Shown in pieces: positions 7,925 through 16,835 of a stretch of 32,000 bases of DNA (the first letter of the stretch is position 1; each line of letters starts with the position of its first letter). Under the pieces are notes generated by a model. It searched no databases, was not told the origin of the DNA, and saw only the letters and a program-made list of their open reading frames with translations. The stretch comes from Salmonella phage Melville. The translations under genes and the position numbers were made by a program. The DNA is taken from sequence record MF957259.1; one strand, written 5' to 3'.

Positions 7925-8949
7925 ACTCCAATCTTTGAGTAATTCTTAAGGCGAAGTTGAGCCATCAAACCTGAAGATATATTTTCGGAAATATATTTTT
8001 CGATGTCTTCAACTTTCGCCCCTTCATTTTTTATCATATCATTAATGTCTTTTTCTTTCCATTGAGATTTATCCCAAAACACAACTCTTTCGCCAGCGTC
8101 TATCAAACGCTTCATTCGCTTGATTGTGTCTTCTTTTCTTGGTTCATGGTCCATAATCCATACTCTATCTTCTTTAAATGGAACCAAATCCAAATCAATA
8201 GCTCCGCCAGTGATGGCAATAGCATTGCACAAGAACAATGAGTCTATCGGTCCTTCTAATACAAAAATATTTTGACCAGTCTTTGCTGTGTCTAATCCGT
8301 ATATTTTTGTTGCATGTTCGTTTCGTTTAATTGTTATGTATTTTTGTGGGGCGTCTTTACGCAATGCTCTTCCTTGAAAACTTTCAATAATACCTTTCTC
8401 GTTAAAGATTGGAATTACTAAACGAGGCTCATTACGTTCTGTTTTATAAGTTCCGGGATTAACAGAATTCACCAAAGCTGGCCATTCCATCGTAAAATAC
8501 AAACGGTTCCAACGCGATTTTGGAATACAACGATGTTTAACGTATTTTATAATAGGATGCTCTTCTGACAAACTATCTAAGCGGCTGCAATGAACTAATT
8601 TAATTCCTTCTGGTTCTTTAATTTCAACTTTTTTCACCTCTGGTTTTGTATCAGGCTTAAAAGTCATTTTGTCCTTTCTGAGTTCTAAAATAAACTCACG
8701 GTATAAATCAGGTTCATATTCCTTTAAATACACCCCAATTGGTTTTCCATAATCACAGTTATAACACTTCAAAAATACATCATCGCCCGTGCCATAAGCC
8801 CAAAAACGAGCTTTTAATGCGTCTTTCTGTGAGTCGCCACATACTGGACAACGACAATTTAACTTGAATTGGGATACGTTATTTACTTGACGAAAGCGAG
8901 GTAAGTGAGATAATGCACGAAACGCGTACTCATTGTGAACCCAAGACAT
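7921..8949 (-). CDS. 61: DNA primase gp61
   Basis: CPVCGD...CYNCDYGKPIGVYLKEYEPDLYREFI zinc finger and TOPRIM-like VLEGPIDSLF match T4 gp61. Confidence 0.95.
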   Translation of the reverse strand: MSWVHNEYAFRALSHLPRFRQVNNVSQFKLNCRCPVCGDSQKDALKARFWAYGTGDDVFLKCYNCDYGKPIGVYLKEYEPDLYREFILELRKDKMTFKPDTKPEVKKVEIKEPEGIKLVHCSRLDSLSEEHPIIKYVKHRCIPKSRWNRLYFTMEWPALVNSVNPGTYKTERNEPRLVIPIFNEKGIIESFQGRALRKDAPQKYITIKRNEHATKIYGLDTAKTGQNIFVLEGPIDSLFLCNAIAITGGAIDLDLVPFKEDRVWIMDHEPRKEDTIKRMKRLIDAGERVVFWDKSQWKEKDINDMIKNEGAKVEDIEKYISENISSGLMAQLRLKNYSKIGV

Positions 8950-8987
8950 ATATTCTCCTAAGTGGCCTTAGAAATAAGGCCATTATA

Positions 8988-9458
8988 TTACAATTTCTTA
9001 AGATTAACTTTAATGCGCTTACGTTTTGAGGGGATTTGTTCTGGACCCTTGTTGGTTATTGCTCCGGACGTGGTACCAGAGGCGATATTCTGGACACTTC
9101 CACCGGAATCACCGGCTACCATGTCCTCGAACACAGGGAGAGCATCAAATATCTCTTTCTGTTCGGATTCGGTTATATTGTATCTAGAAGCGATTGAAGA
9201 CCAAGCTGACATCATAGAAGCTATTCCATTTAAACCGGGAACAGTTGACATCATTCGCTTCATTGAACGAACAGCAGCATGAAACGGAGTATACGCTGCC
9301 TTTTCTTCGGGGGTTGATGGTCGTTTAAGCACGCTGCCTTTTTCGTCAATGATTTTTGCTTCATATGCGTTCCATTCAGTGAATGGTTTTTGCATTAGAC
9401 GAATAAACTTATATGCATAAACGGCATCTATACCGTTTTTAATAGTGCTCATAAACAC
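8988..9458 (-). CDS. Conserved hypothetical upstream of primase, 156 aa
   Basis: ORF in co-directional operon. Confidence 0.7.
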   Translation of the reverse strand: MFMSTIKNGIDAVYAYKFIRLMQKPFTEWNAYEAKIIDEKGSVLKRPSTPEEKAAYTPFHAAVRSMKRMMSTVPGLNGIASMMSAWSSIASRYNITESEQKEIFDALPVFEDMVAGDSGGSVQNIASGTTSGAITNKGPEQIPSKRKRIKVNLKKL

Positions 9459-9470
9459 CTCCTACGATAT

Positions 9471-9668
9471 TTAATCAATAACAAAAACGGCTTTATTTCC
9501 ATTTGCGTCTGTTACTTCATAAGTATCTTCGTCATAGAGAGGTATAAACCATTCTACATCAGTATCTGACATAACAGAAATAATATTTTCTGAAATTTTT
9601 GTCATTTCGTATTCTTCAAATAAACGAAACACTTCGATATTTGTACTTGTGCATGTTGCAGTAGACAT
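9471..9668 (-). CDS. Hypothetical protein, 65 aa
   Basis: ORF. Confidence 0.6.
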   Translation of the reverse strand: MSTATCTSTNIEVFRLFEEYEMTKISENIISVMSDTDVEWFIPLYDEDTYEVTDANGNKAVFVID

Positions 9669-9680
9669 TTAGCCTCTCAT

Positions 9681-9971
9681 TTAAAGTCCAATCCATTCCA
9701 GCACTTCAGGAACTGATTTATTTTCGCAATAAAGATTAGTGCCAGCAACTACCAAATCATTCTGGTCGACATCTTCAATGAGCATCTTTTGGTTCGCATT
9801 AGCTCCCGCAAGAAGGTCTTTAATTAGCTTAGGTTTTACCGTGTCCCAATCGCCTTCGACAAATTTAAGGCATTGAATAGAGTTATAATCAGCTACTCCC
9901 GGAGTTGCATGGGCTGGAACTGCTGAACATGATGCTACTACCAATACGAGACTTGCAATTAACTTTTTCAT
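9681..9971 (-). CDS. sp: Spackle-like periplasmic superinfection/lysozyme-inhibition protein
   Basis: Signal peptide MKKLIASLVLVVASCSAVPAHA, two mature cysteines including LYCEN; position as T4 61.3; SD GGAGAG. Confidence 0.75.
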   Translation of the reverse strand: MKKLIASLVLVVASCSAVPAHATPGVADYNSIQCLKFVEGDWDTVKPKLIKDLLAGANANQKMLIEDVDQNDLVVAGTNLYCENKSVPEVLEWIGL

Positions 9972-9972
9972 T

Positions 9973-10083
9973 ATTACTCTCCAGTTTGTTGATAAAGTAA
10001 TAGTATCATAGTTTTTAGTTGTTGTAAACGGTTGAAGTAAAAATTTTTTCGTTACTCTCTAGTTTTTCAATAAGGTGATAGTA
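9973..10083. repeat. Imperfect direct repeat of the sp leader/-10 region
   Basis: 9973-10005 vs 10051-10083: 26/33 identical. Confidence 0.7.
10000..10029 (-). promoter_or_regulatory. T4-type early promoter upstream of sp
   Basis: GTTTAC-N18-TACTAT. Confidence 0.7.
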
Positions 10084-10112
10084 ACTCAAACTTTTCCTTG
10101 CTTCTTCAAACG

Positions 10113-10304
10113 TTAATTTTTTAACTGAAAGATACCTTGAATAGCTATTTTCTTACCATTGCTAAGGACGACCAGTGTCCCGTAGTCCCATCCTGATAAA
10201 TCTATTGAGTTCCATATATCAACACATACTTGTAGTGACTCATCCGCTACTATGAACTTCTCGTGACCATCTCGGTCACGATTGGCAATTAAAACATAAA
10301 TCAA
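10113..10304 (-). CDS. Hypothetical protein, 63 aa, in the position of T4 dmd
   Basis: ORF immediately downstream of 41 (ATGA overlap). Confidence 0.7.
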   Translation of the reverse strand: MIYVLIANRDRDGHEKFIVADESLQVCVDIWNSIDLSGWDYGTLVVLSNGKKIAIQGIFQLKN

Positions 10305-11740
10305 AATTTAAGTTCCTCTGCAAGTGCGTCCAGCTTAGCTCGGGCTGATGTCTGGTCCGCGCGTTGTTGTCTATTAGCCTCGGCTTTTCGTTGCTGAGCT
10401 CCGGATGTTTCAGTAACTGGAGTTGGCTGAGTTCCACCTTCCTGCGCAATTTCAACCCAGCGCTGATTTCCTTTCTTAACGCCTACCGCAAACTTATTCC
10501 AAATATTTTTATCGCCATAACGAGATTTAATCTGCTTGATGAGTTGTTGCCCCATCTGAGCAAGTTCTTCTGTCTCAATCACAGCAAGCATGAAGTCCGC
10601 CGTAGCCGGTAAGCCAGCTGATTCTGCAATGTCGGACATATTCATATCAGAAGCATCCCATGCACCACGACCAACCTGAGCTGCAGACCAGACGACAGTT
10701 TCTGATTCTACTGCCAACGCACGGAGTTCTTCGGCAATTGCTTTCACTAAAGTGTAACTGTTTTCAGTATAAACACGAATACGACAAGAACCACATATTC
10801 CTAGATAGTCAATCATAATGACATCAGGAACAAAATTCTTTTTAAGTTTTAACTCATTTAGTAAAGCTCTAAATGTGTTCGCATTAGCTCCGCCGGTAGG
10901 ATATTGTTTAATGATTAAACGACCAAGAGTATTTTTATCTCGCCATTTTTCCATCTTACCTTTGTATTCTGCATATGACACATTGCCATCATCAATATCA
11001 TCCAAAGATACATCAAGCAGGTTAGCATCAATACGTTTAGCGCAGACCTCCTCGGCCATCTCCATAGAAATATAAAGAACATTCTTACCAGTTTGAAGAT
11101 AATCAGCTGCTAAAGAACACAATCCAAGAGACTTACCAACGTTAACACCAGCCATGAGAATGTTGAGAGTGCCAGTTTCTGCCCCGCCCTTAGTGATACG
11201 GTTCAAAATATTCATCAAGAATGGAACTTTACGAGCCTTGTTCTGATACGCTAACCAACGAGCTTCATAATCTTCCATCCAATCATGACCGACATAAGAG
11301 TCAAAACTAATAGAAAGAGCTTGACGCATAATGTCTGGAATTGCTCCAACATCCGGTAATTTTTTATTTCTTTTTTCTGGCGGTAGTTCAGCGTTCGTTT
11401 GAATTTCAATGATTTTTGATGTTGCGTTATACATCGCATGAGACTGAACATATTTCTCAGTCTCTTTTACCAACCATGCTTGGTCTTCTGGCGTATCTGC
11501 TAATTTATCAATTAATTTTTTAGCTGATTCAGCTTCAGATTCGCCTAGAGTTGAATTGTCTAATGCAATATTCAAAGCATTGATTGAAGGGACAGATTGA
11601 TATTCGTTGATATGTTTTTGTAATAAGTTAAACACATTTTTAGCCGGGCCATGTTCAAAATATTCTGAATCCATATATGGCCAAACTTTTGCGAAATATC
11701 CTTGATTAAAAATAAGATGCGATAATATTGTTTCTACCAC
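10301..11740 (-). CDS. 41: Replicative DNA helicase gp41 (DnaB family)
   Basis: LNILMAGVNVGKSLGLCSLAADYL, VLYISMEM, DVIMIDYLGI; T4 context. Confidence 0.96.
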   Translation of the reverse strand: MVETILSHLIFNQGYFAKVWPYMDSEYFEHGPAKNVFNLLQKHINEYQSVPSINALNIALDNSTLGESEAESAKKLIDKLADTPEDQAWLVKETEKYVQSHAMYNATSKIIEIQTNAELPPEKRNKKLPDVGAIPDIMRQALSISFDSYVGHDWMEDYEARWLAYQNKARKVPFLMNILNRITKGGAETGTLNILMAGVNVGKSLGLCSLAADYLQTGKNVLYISMEMAEEVCAKRIDANLLDVSLDDIDDGNVSYAEYKGKMEKWRDKNTLGRLIIKQYPTGGANANTFRALLNELKLKKNFVPDVIMIDYLGICGSCRIRVYTENSYTLVKAIAEELRALAVESETVVWSAAQVGRGAWDASDMNMSDIAESAGLPATADFMLAVIETEELAQMGQQLIKQIKSRYGDKNIWNKFAVGVKKGNQRWVEIAQEGGTQPTPVTETSGAQQRKAEANRQQRADQTSARAKLDALAEELKF

Positions 11741-11750
11741 GGTAACCTCA

Positions 11751-12110
11751 TTAAAATAATTTGAAACGTTTTTTATTACGCTCAGCTAACGCTTGCTCAA
11801 TTTGAATTTTAACACATTTTTCAACATGCGGAGCTAGTTCTGCTTTTCTATCTTCGGATAATGTAGAAAAATCTACAGAAATTTCGTTTCCATTGTGATT
11901 TATTGATGTGACATAAACTATATGTGAAGACCCATCTTCTAATGTTATCAAAATTTCTTGTACTATATTAGCCATTGCCTTTTTGACAATATCTAATGAT
12001 TTTTGGTAAACTCTTTCTGTCCTCTCAAATTCCCCCTCCTGAGAGGGGGCTTCTTCGACGACTTCAAGATTTAAATCTAATTCGCTTAAATCATAATCGT
12101 CTTGTTTCAT
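11751..12110 (-). CDS. 40: gp40-like head vertex assembly chaperone
   Basis: 119 aa ORF between uvsX and 41 as in T4. Confidence 0.8.
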   Translation of the reverse strand: MKQDDYDLSELDLNLEVVEEAPSQEGEFERTERVYQKSLDIVKKAMANIVQEILITLEDGSSHIVYVTSINHNGNEISVDFSTLSEDRKAELAPHVEKCVKIQIEQALAERNKKRFKLF

Positions 12111-13273
12111 TATTCGTCCATCATAGAGTCAAGGTCATCTTCAATTGCTGCCGGAGACGGAGCATGAGAACCTTCGGGAGCTTTGAAAACCTCAGTTTTT
12201 GAATTAATCAATGCATCAACTTCAGCATCAACAACCGCGTTACTATCAATTGCGCCCAGTTGATATTTACGTTTAATTGCATCACGGAACGGTTGATGCT
12301 TGAACATCGGTCCCCAGAAATCTACACATGATGTAGCTGCGGCACGCCATGATTTTTCTTCACGAACCATTTCACCGGTTTCAATGTCCAAATATTCGCG
12401 AGCATACCAACCATTTTTTGGTTTAACTACAAACCCAAGCTCCAATGCCATTTCAAGCAAACCGGAATACGGGTCAATACCACCATCAAATTTAACATCA
12501 ATAAAGAACTTAGATTTCTCTTTAACTGTACGAGATTTTTCTGCGTTTAAAACAAACTGATAACCTTGCAAATCAGTACCGTCTTTAATCTGACGTTTAC
12601 CAATGATGAACACGGTATCTGCAGAATACATCGGGCCAGTACCACCGGTCATTACTGTTTTACTGAACATTTCAATAGTTTCAATTGTATGGTTAACTGC
12701 AACACATGGAATGTTCTTAATACTAAAATACGGAGTAACGATACGGAACAGAGATTTCAATGCCTTAGCACGAGTCATATCTGCGACCGATTTTTCGTTC
12801 AACGCATCTTCAGTTTCTTTCTTGGAAGCGAGGTTACCAATTGAGTCGATGAATACAATAACTTTCTCACCGCGTTCAATTGCTTCTAGCTGATTTACCA
12901 TATCAATCTTAAGTTGTTCAACAGACTGAACCGGAGTATGAATAACACGGTCAGGGTCAACGCCCATAGATTTCAGATAAGCCGGAGTAATACCAAATTC
13001 ACTATCATAGAACAGACAGATTGCATCTGGATGTTTTGTCATATAAGCACTGACCATTGTCAGAGACATATTCGATTTAAAGTGCTTTGACGGACCAGCA
13101 AAGATTGTTAAACCAGACTGCATACCACCATCTAATGCCCCACTGATTGCAATGTTCAGCATCGGAATTTTAGTACGGATAACGTCTTTTTCGTTGAAGA
13201 ATTTGGACTTAGTTAATTCCGCGGTCATTTTAGAAGTGGATGCTTTAATCAGACGAGATTTTAAATCAGACAT
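12110..13273 (-). CDS. uvsX: RecA-like recombinase UvsX
   Basis: SGALDGGMQSGLTIFAGPSKHFKSNMSL, LCLFYDSEFG-type motif, VAVNHTIETIEMFSKTVMTGGTGPMYSAD. Confidence 0.97.
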   Translation of the reverse strand: MSDLKSRLIKASTSKMTAELTKSKFFNEKDVIRTKIPMLNIAISGALDGGMQSGLTIFAGPSKHFKSNMSLTMVSAYMTKHPDAICLFYDSEFGITPAYLKSMGVDPDRVIHTPVQSVEQLKIDMVNQLEAIERGEKVIVFIDSIGNLASKKETEDALNEKSVADMTRAKALKSLFRIVTPYFSIKNIPCVAVNHTIETIEMFSKTVMTGGTGPMYSADTVFIIGKRQIKDGTDLQGYQFVLNAEKSRTVKEKSKFFIDVKFDGGIDPYSGLLEMALELGFVVKPKNGWYAREYLDIETGEMVREEKSWRAAATSCVDFWGPMFKHQPFRDAIKRKYQLGAIDSNAVVDAEVDALINSKTEVFKAPEGSHAPSPAAIEDDLDSMMDE

Positions 13274-13329
13274 TCATTTTTTCCATAAGTCTCCATTATA
13301 TTTTTCTCACGGGTTTAAAGGATAAAGTA

Positions 13330-13355
13330 ATTATATCAAAACAAATTTAAAGCGA
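13330..13355 (-). promoter_or_regulatory. MotA-type middle promoter upstream of uvsX
   Basis: TCGCTTTA-N12-TATAAT with extended -10 TGATATAAT. Confidence 0.7.
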
Positions 13356-13374
13356 TTAGTTTAAATTTTTGAAA

Positions 13375-13399
13375 GAAGGTACACTAGAAGTATACCTTC
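13375..13399 (-). terminator. Probable stem-loop terminator after beta-gt
   Basis: GAAGGTA...TACCTTC 7-bp arms followed on the minus strand by TTTC. Confidence 0.45.
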
Positions 13400-13415
13400 G
13401 TGAAAATTTTTAAAC

Positions 13416-14492
13416 TTACAGGTCAATAGCCTTGCGGAACTCTTCTTGCCAAATTGGTTTTTCATCAAGATATTTTTGAAGAATTTTGTGCTGATATTTC
13501 AAAGTTTCAACACGGAACTCTTCATCTTCTTTAATCTTGTTGATTTTATCTACTAATTCTTGACGATTACTCACATAAAAGAAATCATTACCTTCCATGA
13601 TATTCATGTCAGGGTCAAACGTGCTATCGAAGAATGCCACTGCAGTAGATGCTAGAGCTTCCCATACACGAGGAGTGATTTGGTTATTGTCGTAAGTTTT
13701 ATCGCCTAATACAATAGTAGCATACGCGGTTGAGTTACGTTGAACCATTTCGCGAGAGTCTACTTTACCGGGGAATACCGGCGGAGTCGTCCAAGGAAAG
13801 TCTGGGTTCTTGAACTGTTCTGCTTTCACTGAACCAAAGAATTCAACATCCAATCCAGTATCAAATAGGTATTCAACCATTTTAGCTTCACGGTTACCAG
13901 AACGGAAAGTGCCGCCATAAATCAGGTCTCGCATTTTGATGCCATCTGCGGCAATCTTAAAGACACTGTGGTACATTTTATGACGGTCCAAAGCAAAATG
14001 AACGAATTCTAGTTTATCGGATAAACATCCAACTAAACGATCAGAATGAATTTTCTTGCATTGCTCTAGATTTCTTCCCTGAGATACAATACGCATTGGA
14101 GATGTTACAATGAATTGTTCTTCTTTATATTTACTGGACCATTTCTTTTTAGACATTCTTCGCCAAGCTTGCTCAAACGGAAGACGAATATCGGTGAACA
14201 AATAATAAATTTTTGATTTATACTTATTCATGAACATATAAGCTTCTTTGTTCATCTTATTTTCTTCGCCGCCATAGAAGTTCAGAGCAGCATTAACGAC
14301 CAATAAGCGGTCATACACATTCGGGTCTTTTACTGAATCGAAAGAAATTCCATACTGTGTATTTTTCATTGAAATAAGGTCAACATCAAGACCCATATCT
14401 TTTAAACATTCGGACAAATAAATTGTTTCTGAAGCAGGGGTTGTTTTAAACCCCTGGATGTTATTGCCCATATTAATAATAGCAATTTTCAT
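13416..14492 (-). CDS. beta-gt: DNA beta-glucosyltransferase
   Basis: MKIAIINMGNN, KSKIYYLFTDIRLPF, DLIYGGTFRSGNREAKMVEYLFDTGLDVEFFG match T4 BGT. Confidence 0.95.
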   Translation of the reverse strand: MKIAIINMGNNIQGFKTTPASETIYLSECLKDMGLDVDLISMKNTQYGISFDSVKDPNVYDRLLVVNAALNFYGGEENKMNKEAYMFMNKYKSKIYYLFTDIRLPFEQAWRRMSKKKWSSKYKEEQFIVTSPMRIVSQGRNLEQCKKIHSDRLVGCLSDKLEFVHFALDRHKMYHSVFKIAADGIKMRDLIYGGTFRSGNREAKMVEYLFDTGLDVEFFGSVKAEQFKNPDFPWTTPPVFPGKVDSREMVQRNSTAYATIVLGDKTYDNNQITPRVWEALASTAVAFFDSTFDPDMNIMEGNDFFYVSNRQELVDKINKIKEDEEFRVETLKYQHKILQKYLDEKPIWQEEFRKAIDL

Positions 14493-15319
14493 AGTGTCGG
14501 TTCAATCTCGCTAAATTTATGAAAAGCATCTGACTTCTGCTTTTTAGCAACACACATACGAAGTACTTTCAAAGGTTCATCAGTACCAAACATAGTTTTG
14601 GTTGGGTCACCTTCTGATTTCCACCGAGCTTGAGTTGGGAAGTCAGCATGAATTTTTTCCAGCGCTCTGTTCTGTTTAGCAGCATTACGCATAGATGATA
14701 CACCACCTGGAGCTTGTCCTTTACCTGATTTAACGAGATATTTAAAAATCGCCAAATGAGGATAACCCATATTAATGAGTTTAAGAAACGCGTATGTATC
14801 TTCGGATAGGTCTACTATACCATATCCAATGTCATCAGCAGAAAGTTTGCTTAAATCATAAAAAGTATTTGTAAACCCATAAGAGTTCTCACGGAAATGA
14901 CCCCATTTAGAGTCAATCTTGAATATTGGCAAGCGAGCGTGACCATGATAAAAGCCGCAGTCCATCGCTGTTTCAACATAAAGACAAAGATTATTAAATT
15001 CATCCCAGGTCATTCCAACATCATGGAGAATGCGCCGGTCATCTTTTTCGCGAATTTCCGTTGTATGAATAGTAGTATCATCATCCAACATCCAGATGCG
15101 TTGTCCTTGATACATTTCGGTAATTAAACGACGAGTACCAGCAATCCCATTTACATCATCCGGGATAGTTACTGTTTTAGCAATTGTGCTATATCGAGTT
15201 TCGTATTCTTCTTTTTGAGATTCGCGAACTACAAGATGAGCGACATAACCTTTAGGGAACATGTCTAGGGCAGTAACTGCCCCGACACGATTATAACTTG
15301 GAATTACAAATTGAATCAT
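14489..15319 (-). CDS. Putative beta-glucosyl-HMC-alpha-glucosyltransferase (GT-A type DNA glycosyltransferase), 276 aa
   Basis: IQFVIPSYNRVGAVTALDMFP, IWMLDDDTT metal-binding motif; length and motifs recall T2/T6 second-step glucosyltransferase; nested between 42 and beta-gt with ATGA overlaps. Confidence 0.75.
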   Translation of the reverse strand: MIQFVIPSYNRVGAVTALDMFPKGYVAHLVVRESQKEEYETRYSTIAKTVTIPDDVNGIAGTRRLITEMYQGQRIWMLDDDTTIHTTEIREKDDRRILHDVGMTWDEFNNLCLYVETAMDCGFYHGHARLPIFKIDSKWGHFRENSYGFTNTFYDLSKLSADDIGYGIVDLSEDTYAFLKLINMGYPHLAIFKYLVKSGKGQAPGGVSSMRNAAKQNRALEKIHADFPTQARWKSEGDPTKTMFGTDEPLKVLRMCVAKKQKSDAFHKFSEIEPTL

Positions 15320-16053
15320 TTCCAATGGCCTTTATAATCTTTCTTTGATATATGAGTTTCACCAGTATGATAAAAATGGTCAACTAGATAGAAGTGGCGA
15401 GAATAAACATGTAAACTACCCACGTTCCAAATAATGTCACCAACTACATATTTTTTATCACGACCGCAGTTAAGTGTTTGTACTAATAATTCTAACACAT
15501 GTTTTTGCCAAGCATAGTCATTTCTAAAACCGAAGACTACATCATTGCTTCTCATACTCACAACAGCATGAACTTGCTCATCGCGAATTAAATATTGAAC
15601 CGTGTTTGTGCACATAAAATCACTCATGCCATCACGGTTATAATCAGTCTGCATACTTGGACGAGTATAAATCATAATTCCGCGACGAGAATCTGGGTTG
15701 ACACTCAGTTCTGCCGCACAACTTGCAAATTGGCTATAATTATCTTTATTCCAAATTGCCCATCCGTAGTTTGAGTTAATCTCGCCGTTCTTGGATGAAA
15801 TCTGGTCCCAAATTGCTGGAGTTTTTCCTGGAATGTCTTTAACGAATAAACTTTGAGACTTATACCATTCTAATTCGCGTGCTACATACTCATCATTAAC
15901 TGAACCAAAAATAAGTTCTTCATCTGCAACAAAAGACGCGCCGATAATTTCAATAGTTTTTACGCCAGTTTTATCAATAACAAACTCTTCATTCTCGAGA
16001 GCTACAGCAAATTCCTGACGAATGTCTTGTATTGTCAAAGGTGTGATAATCAT
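15316..16053 (-). CDS. 42: dCMP hydroxymethylase gp42
   Basis: Thymidylate-synthase fold motifs: NYGWAIW, MCTNTVQYLIRD, RSNDVVFGFRNDYAWQ, GSLHVYSRHF. Confidence 0.97.
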   Translation of the reverse strand: MIITPLTIQDIRQEFAVALENEEFVIDKTGVKTIEIIGASFVADEELIFGSVNDEYVARELEWYKSQSLFVKDIPGKTPAIWDQISSKNGEINSNYGWAIWNKDNYSQFASCAAELSVNPDSRRGIMIYTRPSMQTDYNRDGMSDFMCTNTVQYLIRDEQVHAVVSMRSNDVVFGFRNDYAWQKHVLELLVQTLNCGRDKKYVVGDIIWNVGSLHVYSRHFYLVDHFYHTGETHISKKDYKGHWK

Positions 16054-16298
16054 TTTGCCTCTTTAATTACGATAATTTGTTGAGGTTGGTTATTTTTTCG
16101 CTCAGCGACAAATGCCCAAACTAAAGCAACCAACCACCCAATGAAAGTCCAACCAAAAATAAGATTTAAAAAGAAAATTCCAACATTAGATTTTGTCCCA
16201 CGAAGAAGAGCAATAATCCACGGAAGAAAATACGCTAAAAATGCTAAGAACAATGAACCAAAACCAAGTGCCGCTGTACCCAATACGATAGTTTCCAT
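16050..16298 (-). CDS. imm: Superinfection immunity protein Imm
   Basis: Two hydrophobic helices, IIALLRGTKSNVGIFFLNLIFGWTFIGWLVALVWAF family signature. Confidence 0.9.
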   Translation of the reverse strand: METIVLGTAALGFGSLFLAFLAYFLPWIIALLRGTKSNVGIFFLNLIFGWTFIGWLVALVWAFVAERKNNQPQQIIVIKEAK

Positions 16299-16326
16299 TA
16301 TAATTTCCTCTATTTTATCAAATGAT

Positions 16327-16773
16327 TTATTTAGCGTTTTTAGCCATACATTTATTAAAAGCTTTCACTTTTCCGCCTGAACGATAATGAATAACTGCCA
16401 GCCGGGTTTTATTATTTGGATTTTTGAAGTATTGTTCACGAAGAACTTCTTCATGAGCTTCTACAACAAATTCACACATTCTGATAGCTTTTTCCTTTTT
16501 ATCGAGTGCAGCTTGACGTTCATCGCCTTCAGCTACTGATTTTTTAATTGCAGCTTCAAGCGGACTATTCGCGCGGCGTTCTTCAATTTCTTTAATAGCG
16601 TTAAGAGTTTCCTGCGAGACTTGAGAAGTTGCACGAGTATAAACCATCCCAGAAGCTGGTTTGTAAACCAAATTACCTTCACTTCCATAATGTGGTTGCG
16701 AATAAGGTTGAATAGAACAACCTGCTAAAGTAGTTGCTGCTATAACAATCAGTGATTTCAAATTAAATTTCAT
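16327..16773 (-). CDS. Putative lipoprotein, 148 aa
   Basis: MKFNLKSLIVIAATTLAGC|S lipobox; ATG at 16773 with ATGAGGAAAAT leader. Confidence 0.8.
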   Translation of the reverse strand: MKFNLKSLIVIAATTLAGCSIQPYSQPHYGSEGNLVYKPASGMVYTRATSQVSQETLNAIKEIEERRANSPLEAAIKKSVAEGDERQAALDKKEKAIRMCEFVVEAHEEVLREQYFKNPNNKTRLAVIHYRSGGKVKAFNKCMAKNAK

Positions 16774-16797
16774 TTTATTTTCCTCATTTGTTTTGAT
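16769..16797. repeat. 29-nt exact leader repeat, copy 2 (copy 1 at 837-865)
   Basis: ttcattttattttcctcatttgttttgat in both places. Confidence 0.85.
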
Positions 16798-16803
16798 GAG
16801 ATA

Positions 16804-16833
16804 ATAGTAACACATCCTTCCATGGATGTAAAC
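16804..16833 (-). promoter_or_regulatory. T4-type early promoter for lipoprotein-imm
   Basis: GTTTAC-N18-TACTAT. Confidence 0.7.
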
Positions 16834-16835
16834 GG

